Assembly (NCBI GenBank): GCA_029572935.1
Contig: JAKQHM010000010.1
Location: 10,218 to 74,217 of the forward strand
DNA: 64,000 nt
Direction of reading: 5' to 3'
Origin: Bacteroidota bacterium
GTDB lineage: Bacteria > Bacteroidota > Bacteroidia > Chitinophagales > Saprospiraceae
Made by a program: the position numbers and the translations under genes. Shown here in pieces: positions 39,204 through 48,453 of the stretch. Position 1 is the stretch's first letter; each line of letters starts with the position of its first letter. Below the pieces are notes generated by a model. It ran no database searches. It was not told the origin of the DNA and saw only the letters and a program-made list of their open reading frames with translations.

Positions 39204-40268
39204 TTAGAAATTCAGGCCTACTCCAATGGAATGGGATCCCTGAAAGGGGTTTGAATGGCGGTATCCGTAATCCAAACTCAACATGTTGTTTCCTTTTTTA
39301 TCTAAGGGAACATTGAGACTGGCTCCGGCAGCCAGGCCGGTGAATGCATTGTCACCTGCCCCTGCAGAATCACCCAATTCATAAGCATAGGAAGCGCGCA
39401 ACCCGAGGTATTCGCGGAATTTAAATTCGCCACCTACTCCGATCACATCTCTTCCAAAAGAATTGGAAGTAAAATTAGCGACTGGTGCCAGGACGAGATT
39501 CTCCCCGAAAATAAAATCGTAAGAAAGTCCGATATGCAAAAGAGAAGGAAGCTCAAAGCGTGACAACCTCACATCATAGGTAAGAGAGGTCCCTTCCGGA
39601 CTGGTCAATTGAGTAGAAAGACCATCGCCGCTAAACTTCATGGGGCTTCCAATATTACGGACTGCGATTCCCATTTTAAAATTATTCTGAGGCCCGGTGA
39701 CGTACTGTACACCGCCATCGATGCCAAATCCAAAAGCACTCAGGTCAGAAATACTTTCTGCAACACCTCTGACGAGTACTCCTACTGAAACCTTTTCTCC
39801 GAAATTGTGTGCATAACCCAAACCAAGGTTAAAGAAGTTTGGCTTGTAGGTAGCACCTGTTCCTTCGGGAGAAGCTGTAGTGGTGACCCTTATTTCCCCC
39901 AGGTCCAAAGCCATCAATTCAAAACCAAAGGCTCCATTTTCACCCACACGGGTGGCATAACCAAAAGCATTCACGCTTACGCCACTCGGAACGAGCCACC
40001 GGGTGTGACCTATCATGGCTTCAGACTTACGGATGCGTCCGATCCCTGCTACATTGACGCGGAGTGCTTCTACTCCACGTACATAGGAAGCGTTGAGCGA
40101 ATTCATGGCCATCCCTTTTGCCCAGGGATTGATCAGGAGTTCATAAGCTCCGGCTTCACCCTGTCTGTCGGGATTACCGGCCCACAACGTAGAATTTCCA
40201 AGACCGGCCAAGATCACAAAAAGAATGAGTATAGATTTTTTCATTTTTTCTTTTTTATTCTTGTTCAA
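39204..40268 (-). CDS. PorV/PorQ-family-like outer-membrane beta-barrel
   Basis: 354 aa (alternative start ATG 40244, MKKSILILF). It has a signal peptide, the N-terminal segment GEAGAYELLINPWAKGMAMNSL and alternating beta-strands. The terminal ..IGVGLNF has the aromatic C-terminus of OM barrels. It lacks the FSQY motif of PorP/SprF. Confidence 0.55.
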   Translation of the reverse strand: MNKNKKEKMKKSILILFVILAGLGNSTLWAGNPDRQGEAGAYELLINPWAKGMAMNSLNASYVRGVEALRVNVAGIGRIRKSEAMIGHTRWLVPSGVSVNAFGYATRVGENGAFGFELMALDLGEIRVTTTASPEGTGATYKPNFFNLGLGYAHNFGEKVSVGVLVRGVAESISDLSAFGFGIDGGVQYVTGPQNNFKMGIAVRNIGSPMKFSGDGLSTQLTSPEGTSLTYDVRLSRFELPSLLHIGLSYDFIFGENLVLAPVANFTSNSFGRDVIGVGGEFKFREYLGLRASYAYELGDSAGAGDNAFTGLAAGASLNVPLDKKGNNMLSLDYGYRHSNPFQGSHSIGVGLNF

Positions 40269-40320
40269 AAGAGCCGGGGGAGTCCATCAGTTTGGACCTC
40301 CCCGGCAGATAATTCTTTTA

Positions 40321-43300
40321 TTACAATCCGGAGGGGTCAAACTTCCTTGCCACACCAAACCACTTTACAATTTTCTCAGCACCCGTATCGGGTTGCTTGA
40401 TATAGATCAGATAAGCCCCGCTCGAAACCGGAATGCCCCTGAAATTTGTCAAGTCCCACTCGATATCCGGACCGATTTGTCGTTCGGTCACACCTCTGAA
40501 TTCGCTGACCACTCGCACAGGTTTTTCATCCCGATTGTATTCCTTGATGAATTTTCCATCGATAGAATAAATGGTCACCTGACACTTTGGTGGCAGATTG
40601 GTAATCTTGACGATATTGGAAAACTGACCGGATTCGTAGCTGGAGAAACCATAATACGGGTTGGGGACCACATTTACATTGTCCAGTGCGTTTTCATATT
40701 CTTCTTTGGTAGCCACCGCTCCGGCCTGCTTTCCTTCAATTTTAAAGGAATACATATTATGGCCCAAATTCTGATTGGTACCCACCGTAGGATTGTAGGG
40801 GTTATCTACCCTCAATCTGACGATGTAATCGTTGGGGATCAATCCTGTTTCTCCACTGCCGTAAGCGTTCAGCTTGGTACCAGGAGCCATTAATGGCATG
40901 GTGGTCCAGGTAATGAAGTCTCTGATCGCGCGGGTCAACAAGGCGGTTCCGGATCTTTTGCCTGGATTAGTATTATTGGCTAAAAATCCTCTGATCGCCC
41001 TGCAGGAATCATAAGGTGACCTGGTTACATAAACATAATGGTGACCTCCAAAAATCAGGCCCAGCAAGGACTGACTAAGTCCACATTCAGGATCCAAAAC
41101 TATCTGATCAGTAGGATTCCACATCAGATCATCACCGAGATTGCTCTGTTCGTTGATACAAGGAGCAGCAAGAAGGTTGACATCAGAGAAGAATGTATTT
41201 TCACCGAAGAAAATATTCAACCTTCTTCCGGTTTCCACATCGACCGCGTATCCAGGGAACCAGCCCATTCCGGTCAAGGGTCTGCCACTGCCATCCAGCT
41301 CGCCATCCGGATCGGCATAGCCATCTCCATCACGGTCATATTTACCTACGGAAGGTTTGGTCTTCAAGGAAAAGCAGTCATTTCCTGTATTGGGTTCAGT
41401 CCTTGCACTACCGGGATCTGCGTTGTTCTCATTCCATGTCTCGATCACCACACAACGGGACCATTTGGATTTATCGGAAGTGAAAACTATGTCGACATTG
41501 TTCAGGGAATCCAGCCTCATGGCATTGGAAGGAGTCCTGTTGGCACCGTTGGTCAGAGCAGGAGTAAGCAGTACAGTATCCACACAGAGTTTATAGGGGT
41601 ACCAGAATCCGCGGTACTCGTCTTTGCCCAATTTGCTGAACAACTCTTGTGGATCGAGAGCATACTGCAGCGATCCCAATGAAGTTTTCATGAAATCCGT
41701 GAAAGGCGTGTTGAAATCTGCCTGAGCGATAAACCACTCCACTCCATTGGGATTTTTATACTCAGCTTCCAGACCCGGGCCGATGATACCGTTTGATTCC
41801 AAAGGATTCTTTCCGGCCTCTTCCGTCTGAACCATTCCGACGGATATTCCCAGTTCGGAAATGATCTGCTCATTGAATCTGCTGATAGGACCTGTTGATT
41901 GAATTACTTTAGCCGGATCTGCCAGATTTTTCAGCGTCCAGGTCACAGGATCATCCAGTTTGTTGTTGTCCGGGATGGCATCCACAAATCTCACTTCATA
42001 TTCACCATCCTTTACTTTCAGCGGGTTGACCACTTTCACCTGTATGGGAGCCGATCCCGGTTGGTACTCTACTTTGCCGCCAAAACTTCCATCGAGAATT
42101 TTGTCATACATGCCATCTGCCAGTCGAAGGAAATTACCACCAGCACCCAAACCATCCAAACGGGTTACAGGGAGACCCTCACCGTACTTGGAATTAACGT
42201 TTTCATAGATCTGGGGTCTTGGCGTGACGACATAAGGTTTTCCATCGCCCCTGGGTCCAACATTCAGACGTCCCAGGCAGTATTGTATTCTTTGTCCTGA
42301 ACTTTCCTTGACGTCGTAATCCTTGTAGTTGTTGTAACTGTAGGCTACTACCAGGAAATAGTACTTTTCGTGGTTGACCAGTTGTTTGTTCAGGCCTGTA
42401 GCAAAAAGGTCTTCCTTTATGCTGAAAGAGTGTCTGATTCCTTCATCCAAACCACTCACTCTCTCTACGGGATAATAAACGATAGGATGCGTGACACTTG
42501 GATTGGGGTTTCTGACGCCGACCCAGTCGTACACCTTTTTTACCTTGTTCTTCAGGTCAACCGTCACCACTTCTCTTACGAGGCTGGGATCATTGAGTGC
42601 CCTGTCAGACAGGGAAACATCCGGACCAGACATCTGGAATATTCTGTAACCTTCAAAGCGATACAGTGAATCCACACCCGGAGGAATACCGAGTCCCGGT
42701 TCCATATGGCCTTCGTTAAAGTTGTTGGAAGCAGGATCGTTGCTCAAGAGAATGATGATCTCTTTGTCGAGTTCGACGAAGTCAACATCCGGAGCGGTAG
42801 GTCCATCCTTGATGTCAAAGCAGTTGTCAAACAGATCCTGACAAAGCTGGTCTGCTTTTAACAGTTCATCCAGGGCTGGACAAGGATAGTTCTGGTCAGG
42901 TACCCAAGGCACCCCGATGATCAATTCATTGACAGCGCCCGGATCCAGTCTGAGGGGGCCGGACACCTGCAGGGTCCTCCTGTCTCCTTCTCCTGCGGAG
43001 CTGCTACACATACTCCATCCGGCTCCATCGTTGGGTGCGCCGGGGAAAGCATATCGGGAGGCGGTACCGCCTCCTCCGGGAAGATATCCGATTCCACCAC
43101 TCACCAAATTGGTATTATCCCTCCAGCGGCCGGTGAGGTATTGGTAATATTCCAAAGCACTGGTGGGGTCCTCGGTAGCAGGTGGGTTAGATCCACCGAG
43201 ACCACGACCGTTGTAATACATGAAGTAGCTCATACCGAGCTCATCTCCATTTTCATCGAGGGGGCCACGGAAATAGTCTACACCCAGGATGGGGATATTG

Positions 43301-44427
43301 TTACAATAAGTATTGACGTTCTGATCACAGGTACAACCGTTGCTACCATCCGTTGCATCAATATTGTAGATGTACATGAGATCGCGGAATACAGGCTGAA
43401 ACTGAGTCGTATCAGATAATTTGCGACGCAATCCTACAAAAGTCGTATCGCAACCGATATAGTCATCACTGTAACAACCCAAATCCGGGTCAATCCACAT
43501 GGCGAAGTAACAATCTCTGATTTCCTGAGGAGCCCGGTTAATCAGCTTATACCTCTGGAAAGTCATGTCATTGAGTTCATCAGCCGTTCTGAAGCCGAAT
43601 GCCTGTACTTGTACCTCCATACGGATGGGGTCTCCTCCTGAACTGGTATGGATACCTCCCGCATCGTTGTAGATCCAGAAGATCATTTCGTCCGGATAGA
43701 TCCCGATGGGACATCCCCTGATGTCGATCACGGGATATTCTCCAAACTGGGGTTCATATATTCTGTTGTCGTTGATGTCGTCAAACAAGGCTAGACCCTG
43801 TCTGGCATCAGGTAATTTGAAGCCATATTTTGATTCAAAGAACTCATTGCCTTTGGCCGGCCAATATTCAAGGTCATCGGGAATCTCTGAACGATTGAGT
43901 TGGGACCTTCCTTCGCGTTGTGCGTTGGCCCATCTTTTTCTCAGTTCGGTGATGCTGTCTCCATAACAACGGAAAAACTGATCCCAGTTTTGACAATCTT
44001 CTGCCTGGGTTTCTCCCTGTTCTGTAAGCGGACCAGGCCAGCAATCGTTGCGGGTAGCAGAGCGATAAGTCTGTGCCATCAATTTGAGGGCTCCGGCTGG
44101 ATCGTATCCTCCTACCCACACGGCTCCAGCAAAAATGGAAGAAACTTCCAGCTTACCTGAACCGGCGACCACCTTGGGTACGATATAACGGCCCCTGTTG
44201 AGGTCCCACCAAACGTCCCCACCATTCAATAACCTGGCGCGAACGTTGTTGATATCCTGGTCAATTTGCTTGGTAGCAGGTGAACAGTTACCTTCTCTTG
44301 GCTGAAGCTGCCTGTTGCGCTGGGGTGTCTTGTTCAGATCCTTAGGCTGATGCCCGTATGCCCATGAACCGAGACAAAGGCTCAGAAGGGCCAGGATCAG
44401 GTACTTTTTTACTTGTATCAATTTCAT
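40321..44427 (-). CDS. Very large secreted hypothetical protein with a T9SS-like C-terminal domain; no catalytic domain recognised
   Basis: 1368 aa with a signal peptide (MKLIQVKKYLILALLSLCLGSWAYG). The N-terminal third is Cys-rich and carries a DRDGDGYADPDGELDG calcium-loop-like string. The C-terminus is VVPNPYYGFSSYE..VTIYSIDGKFI..SSGAYLIYI... Confidence 0.6.
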   Translation of the reverse strand: MKLIQVKKYLILALLSLCLGSWAYGHQPKDLNKTPQRNRQLQPREGNCSPATKQIDQDINNVRARLLNGGDVWWDLNRGRYIVPKVVAGSGKLEVSSIFAGAVWVGGYDPAGALKLMAQTYRSATRNDCWPGPLTEQGETQAEDCQNWDQFFRCYGDSITELRKRWANAQREGRSQLNRSEIPDDLEYWPAKGNEFFESKYGFKLPDARQGLALFDDINDNRIYEPQFGEYPVIDIRGCPIGIYPDEMIFWIYNDAGGIHTSSGGDPIRMEVQVQAFGFRTADELNDMTFQRYKLINRAPQEIRDCYFAMWIDPDLGCYSDDYIGCDTTFVGLRRKLSDTTQFQPVFRDLMYIYNIDATDGSNGCTCDQNVNTYCNNIPILGVDYFRGPLDENGDELGMSYFMYYNGRGLGGSNPPATEDPTSALEYYQYLTGRWRDNTNLVSGGIGYLPGGGGTASRYAFPGAPNDGAGWSMCSSSAGEGDRRTLQVSGPLRLDPGAVNELIIGVPWVPDQNYPCPALDELLKADQLCQDLFDNCFDIKDGPTAPDVDFVELDKEIIILLSNDPASNNFNEGHMEPGLGIPPGVDSLYRFEGYRIFQMSGPDVSLSDRALNDPSLVREVVTVDLKNKVKKVYDWVGVRNPNPSVTHPIVYYPVERVSGLDEGIRHSFSIKEDLFATGLNKQLVNHEKYYFLVVAYSYNNYKDYDVKESSGQRIQYCLGRLNVGPRGDGKPYVVTPRPQIYENVNSKYGEGLPVTRLDGLGAGGNFLRLADGMYDKILDGSFGGKVEYQPGSAPIQVKVVNPLKVKDGEYEVRFVDAIPDNNKLDDPVTWTLKNLADPAKVIQSTGPISRFNEQIISELGISVGMVQTEEAGKNPLESNGIIGPGLEAEYKNPNGVEWFIAQADFNTPFTDFMKTSLGSLQYALDPQELFSKLGKDEYRGFWYPYKLCVDTVLLTPALTNGANRTPSNAMRLDSLNNVDIVFTSDKSKWSRCVVIETWNENNADPGSARTEPNTGNDCFSLKTKPSVGKYDRDGDGYADPDGELDGSGRPLTGMGWFPGYAVDVETGRRLNIFFGENTFFSDVNLLAAPCINEQSNLGDDLMWNPTDQIVLDPECGLSQSLLGLIFGGHHYVYVTRSPYDSCRAIRGFLANNTNPGKRSGTALLTRAIRDFITWTTMPLMAPGTKLNAYGSGETGLIPNDYIVRLRVDNPYNPTVGTNQNLGHNMYSFKIEGKQAGAVATKEEYENALDNVNVVPNPYYGFSSYESGQFSNIVKITNLPPKCQVTIYSIDGKFIKEYNRDEKPVRVVSEFRGVTERQIGPDIEWDLTNFRGIPVSSGAYLIYIKQPDTGAEKIVKWFGVARKFDPSGL

Positions 44428-44441
44428 ATATCCGGAAGATT

Positions 44442-47400
44442 TTAGAATTCAAAAATTGCTCCTATGTAAATCCTTCTGGGCAGGGTATAGAAGTCTGGAT
44501 TCAGCAAAGCCCAGTTGTAAGAATCCTGAAAATAACTCAGGTATTGAGCACCATAAGTGTTGGTGACATTATTTAATTCATTGACTCCGCGGGATGAAGC
44601 CAGGTAACCGTCATCGGAAGCACTGCCTGATCCACGATACACACCAATGATGTTTCTCGTATCCAGAAGGTTTTGCACCCTTAAGTAAACGTTGAGGTTG
44701 AGCGGATGCTTGGCCCCTGGTTTGCTGAGAGAAACATATTTGTCCGCACGGAAATCGATATTGAAGTTCCAGGGTAATCTGGCACCGTTGATGTTTCCTT
44801 TGAATCCGGAACCGTCATACCTCACCACTGTAAGACCCGGTGAATAGGGACGTCCGGATGCAGTGATCAACAATAAATTCACACCCGTATTGGCAAAGAT
44901 GTCTACGCCACCAATTCTTGGGCCATTGTATTGTTTTCCGGAACCATAGCGATAATCCGCACTGAAGGAGAATCTGTGTCTTTCATCATAAGTGAAAGGG
45001 AAAATATTTCTGATGTTGATACCTCTTCCGGTCAGACCTTCCTGTGATCTGGCATCTGAACCTGTGCCGTCTGCAAACTGAAGCGTGTAGGCAGCATTGA
45101 ACTGGAAGTTATTGACCCTTCTCAGGTCATAGGTAAAGTTGAATCCCTTTACCGTTCCGAAGTCGAGGTTTCTGAAAGTATTGTACAAACCAACGGTAGC
45201 CACTTTACTCAGAGTGGTGATCTGGATCATATCCCTGAGCTCGTTGTAATAAGCAGAAAAGATAACAGAAGATGAGTTGGTAATCTTTTGCTGGAATCCT
45301 ACTTCGTAATCCACCTTACGGGAAGGTCTCAGGTTGCTGTTGGCGCTCGGCGTACGACCATTGATGTCCCAATAAAGGAAGTTAAGAGGCGTGAGGATGT
45401 TTTCACCCGTTGGTCTTTGAACGATGATATCATAGTGGGCGAAGAAGTTGGCTGCATCAGAAATCGGGAAAGAAAATGCGATACGGGGCATCCAGTTGAT
45501 CTGCGGCACATAGTCCTCAAAGGATTCGTCCACCTTGAAGTTGTTTCCGCGGATGGATCTCAGTGAATCCACTGGCTGGATGTAAGCTGGGTTCACCAGG
45601 TTGTTGTCTCCGAAGATAGCCAGTGAGTTGTTGGCAGGTGTGCCATTTGCAAAATACCACTGATCTCCGTTGCGATAAGCTTTCACATCTTTGGATCCGG
45701 GATCGGTCAGATAGACTTTATAATCATCTCCAATAGTGGAAGGTTTGGTGCTGCCTGTTTGGTCATGGAATGACCTGGCGCCAAGTATACCGTACAAACT
45801 ATAGGGATCTCTGAGCACTTTGGTGTTGGCATCGTAATAATCCACACGTCCTCCTACACGGAAGATGATGTCCTTGTAGGTGAATTTATCCTGCAGATAT
45901 CCTGCAACGTAAATTGGGGAGAAAGGAGCTACCGGGTAAGTCCTTCTTCCGTTAGCATCGCGCGCTGTGAAGAAATCGTCAAAAGTAACCCTGCCGGTTT
46001 GTCTCTTGCCCAGATAATCATAACCATTGAATCCGACAACACCCTGATCTGTCAATTCGCGCAAGGAGAACATATCCAGACTCAGCTGATTGGGGAGGAA
46101 ACGGTCGATGTCGGCATAAAGGTGTTTGGATGAATCAAACGGTACACCCGGGAACTGAAGATCTCTGATCCTTTGATAGAACTGACGATCTGACTGATCC
46201 AGAACCAGGGTATTGAACCTTGGCAAAATAGTAGGCGCACCATTTACATTGACGGTATCGTAGCCAATGATCTGAGTGGAGTCCACCCCTGTAATATGGT
46301 CGTTCTGATACAATCTGCCGAGCCTCCATAGGTCAAACGGAGCCAAAGTGTAACTGCTGTTTACGCTTTGTTCGAAAAGGATACCGAATTGGATGTTGTG
46401 GCGTCCTTTCTTGGATCCTCCCGGGATAAAGTCAAATCCTGAAGTGATTTGAGCGATGTATATATTGTTGTTGAATTGGGTATAGCGGTTGTACACACTT
46501 CCCACATTGGTATGGATACCTGACCAGATATCTGAGAAAGCTGTTGAGATATTTGAGTTAAAAGCCCTGTAGGCCTGGATATTGCCCGTATCTCCCTGGG
46601 GAATTTTGTTGTAATTGCTAAAGGCAGGATTGATCGTGCCTGGTGTATATCGAACAACCCTGTCGATATAACCCACATGGATGAGTTCTTCATTGCGCAC
46701 AGGCAGCCATTCCCTTTGAAATTGTGCCACATGTCCATGATTGAAGAAATTGTCGCCATGTCGGAAGTCTCTTTCTCCCCCTGTCCGGTTTTCATATCCC
46801 AACTGGATGGTGTAATAAGGGTTTTGAATGATGGATAATTTTTTACTGACTTCCTGTCCAGCCAGCGCTTCGGGTGACAGGTCCACCAGTTTGCCCAGCC
46901 TGTGTCTGAATCTCAGGTTTCCCCTCAGGGCCTGACGCTCCTGAATGGGATTATCTACCCAGTTCAGTAGTCTCCAAGATCCTCCTCCGATAAAATCTCC
47001 TCCGGGTGTAAAGCGATTGTTCACATTGGAAAAGGTACCTGAGACAGTCAGGTCGATATTCTGGCTGGGTTTGATGTCCAGTTTACCGGAAATGTCTATG
47101 GCTTCGTTCTGCTCGTTCAGGTTGTATTTGGAAAATTCCACATCCTGTCCTTCCGTAAGGAAATATCCATTGGTCACCGGATTGCCATTGAGCAGGGTGA
47201 TGGGGTCTTGAGTCAGACGGTTAATAGTGGACTCTTTTGCAAAATAGTCTCCGAATGCCGGAGGATCATCATCTTTCAGATAGGTGTACTGTCCTGAAAG
47301 TCTGAATCCAAGCAAGGTTCTATCCTTTTTCTTCCAGATGGGACCCGATACGTTACCACTGATAAAAGTATAACCATAAGGATCCAGATAATTGGAACTT

Positions 47401-48098
47401 TCTGCTTCCAAAGAACCGGCAAACTGAGATGAGGGGCCCTTGGTCACAAGAGAAATGATACCCCCTGTGGCGTCACCATACTGGGGCTCAAGTCCACCTT
47501 TGATCACAGTGACCTGTTCGATATCCACCGCAGAAGGAGCCCTTCCTGTGATCCTTACACCATCCAGAAAATATACCGTTCCATCCGTCCGGGCTCCCCT
47601 GATGGAGATATCTCCTCCGTCTACACTGGAGACACCCGATACTGTGGAGGCGATGGCGTTAATGTTCCTGGTACCCAGGGTTTTGATGTCCTCCGCTGTG
47701 ATGGTCTGGTCACTGGTGGTTTTGTCAATTTCGACAATAGGTTTGCGGTATTCCTTGATCTCAATGGCTTCCAGCTGGACACCCGATGAGATCTCAAAAT
47801 TAACCTTGGTCACTTTGCCACCTGTGACCCTTACGTTCTCAATCCTTTGGATATTGCTTTGGTAACCTGCTTCCACGTTGTAGGTACCGGGATCTACGAT
47901 GATGGAATAGTTTCCGTCAAAGTCTGTGACCGCACCGGTTATCAGAGAGGTACCCTTAAAGACCTTAACATAGGCGTTGATCAGAGGCTCCCCATTGTCT
48001 TTATCTACAACGGATCCTTCGATCTTGGCCTGTGCAAGCAAAACCGGGCCGGAAAAGGCCACAGCAACAAGAAGGATGAAAAATGATCTGAGATTCAT
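44442..48098 (-). CDS. TonB-dependent-receptor-type outer-membrane protein with a CarboxypepD_reg-like N-terminal domain (unusually long)
   Basis: 1218 aa with a signal peptide (..GPVLLAQA). It has KIEGSVVDKDNGEPLINAYVKV..DFDGNYSIIVDPGTYNV and the plug-like ITAEDIKTLGTRNINAIASTVSGVSS..ISIRGARTDGTVYFLDGVRI. The terminal residues are ..YIGAIFEF. Confidence 0.75.
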   Translation of the reverse strand: MNLRSFFILLVAVAFSGPVLLAQAKIEGSVVDKDNGEPLINAYVKVFKGTSLITGAVTDFDGNYSIIVDPGTYNVEAGYQSNIQRIENVRVTGGKVTKVNFEISSGVQLEAIEIKEYRKPIVEIDKTTSDQTITAEDIKTLGTRNINAIASTVSGVSSVDGGDISIRGARTDGTVYFLDGVRITGRAPSAVDIEQVTVIKGGLEPQYGDATGGIISLVTKGPSSQFAGSLEAESSNYLDPYGYTFISGNVSGPIWKKKDRTLLGFRLSGQYTYLKDDDPPAFGDYFAKESTINRLTQDPITLLNGNPVTNGYFLTEGQDVEFSKYNLNEQNEAIDISGKLDIKPSQNIDLTVSGTFSNVNNRFTPGGDFIGGGSWRLLNWVDNPIQERQALRGNLRFRHRLGKLVDLSPEALAGQEVSKKLSIIQNPYYTIQLGYENRTGGERDFRHGDNFFNHGHVAQFQREWLPVRNEELIHVGYIDRVVRYTPGTINPAFSNYNKIPQGDTGNIQAYRAFNSNISTAFSDIWSGIHTNVGSVYNRYTQFNNNIYIAQITSGFDFIPGGSKKGRHNIQFGILFEQSVNSSYTLAPFDLWRLGRLYQNDHITGVDSTQIIGYDTVNVNGAPTILPRFNTLVLDQSDRQFYQRIRDLQFPGVPFDSSKHLYADIDRFLPNQLSLDMFSLRELTDQGVVGFNGYDYLGKRQTGRVTFDDFFTARDANGRRTYPVAPFSPIYVAGYLQDKFTYKDIIFRVGGRVDYYDANTKVLRDPYSLYGILGARSFHDQTGSTKPSTIGDDYKVYLTDPGSKDVKAYRNGDQWYFANGTPANNSLAIFGDNNLVNPAYIQPVDSLRSIRGNNFKVDESFEDYVPQINWMPRIAFSFPISDAANFFAHYDIIVQRPTGENILTPLNFLYWDINGRTPSANSNLRPSRKVDYEVGFQQKITNSSSVIFSAYYNELRDMIQITTLSKVATVGLYNTFRNLDFGTVKGFNFTYDLRRVNNFQFNAAYTLQFADGTGSDARSQEGLTGRGINIRNIFPFTYDERHRFSFSADYRYGSGKQYNGPRIGGVDIFANTGVNLLLITASGRPYSPGLTVVRYDGSGFKGNINGARLPWNFNIDFRADKYVSLSKPGAKHPLNLNVYLRVQNLLDTRNIIGVYRGSGSASDDGYLASSRGVNELNNVTNTYGAQYLSYFQDSYNWALLNPDFYTLPRRIYIGAIFEF

Positions 48099-48249
48099 GT
48101 TTCTAAATGTTGGTTTACATTGATTAAAAAGCCTGCAATGTTAAGTAATTCCTAAAAACTGACATATAAGCAATATGCAAACCCTTTGTGATGACTCGGC
48201 CAAAAGAGACGGGAAAGGAGCCCATTTTTCAATACATCTAGTTTAAAAT

Positions 48250-48257
48250 CAAATATA
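48250..48257 (-). promoter_or_regulatory. Candidate -7 promoter box (TATATTTG on the minus strand) for the 48098-39204 operon
   Basis: The plus strand reads CAAATATA, about 150 nt upstream of the ATG at 48098. It is the only canonical box I see in the 355-nt upstream region. Confidence 0.3.
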
Positions 48258-48453
48258 TACATAATAATTTTTTAATCTTTTACCTTCAATAAATAATTCT
48301 ATTTTTTTGTCCTGAGTGACCCGGTCCCTGCCCTTTCGGAAGAAAACAAGGTTAAAGTCTTCTTAAAACCAAACGAAATGGGGACCGCTACGCTGCCCGT
48401 ATCCACGGAAAAGATCAGACTTTAACATTTGCATTCCTGCAAGAAGCTCATAG

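Noticed and set aside
39807-41682. Plus-strand ORFs of 197, 222 and 214 aa overlapping the PorV-like and 1368-aa genes
   Set aside because: They are antisense to long minus-strand ORFs that have signal peptides and beta-barrel or CTD features. They have low-complexity, stop-poor composition only.
40321-44427. Possibility that the 1368-aa protein is the T9SS sortase PorU, since porU-porV adjacency is canonical
   Set aside because: I could not find the gingipain/C25-type catalytic His and Cys contexts (GHG-type and TATCDF-type strings). The overall sequence does not resemble what I recall of PorU. A profile search is still needed to be sure.
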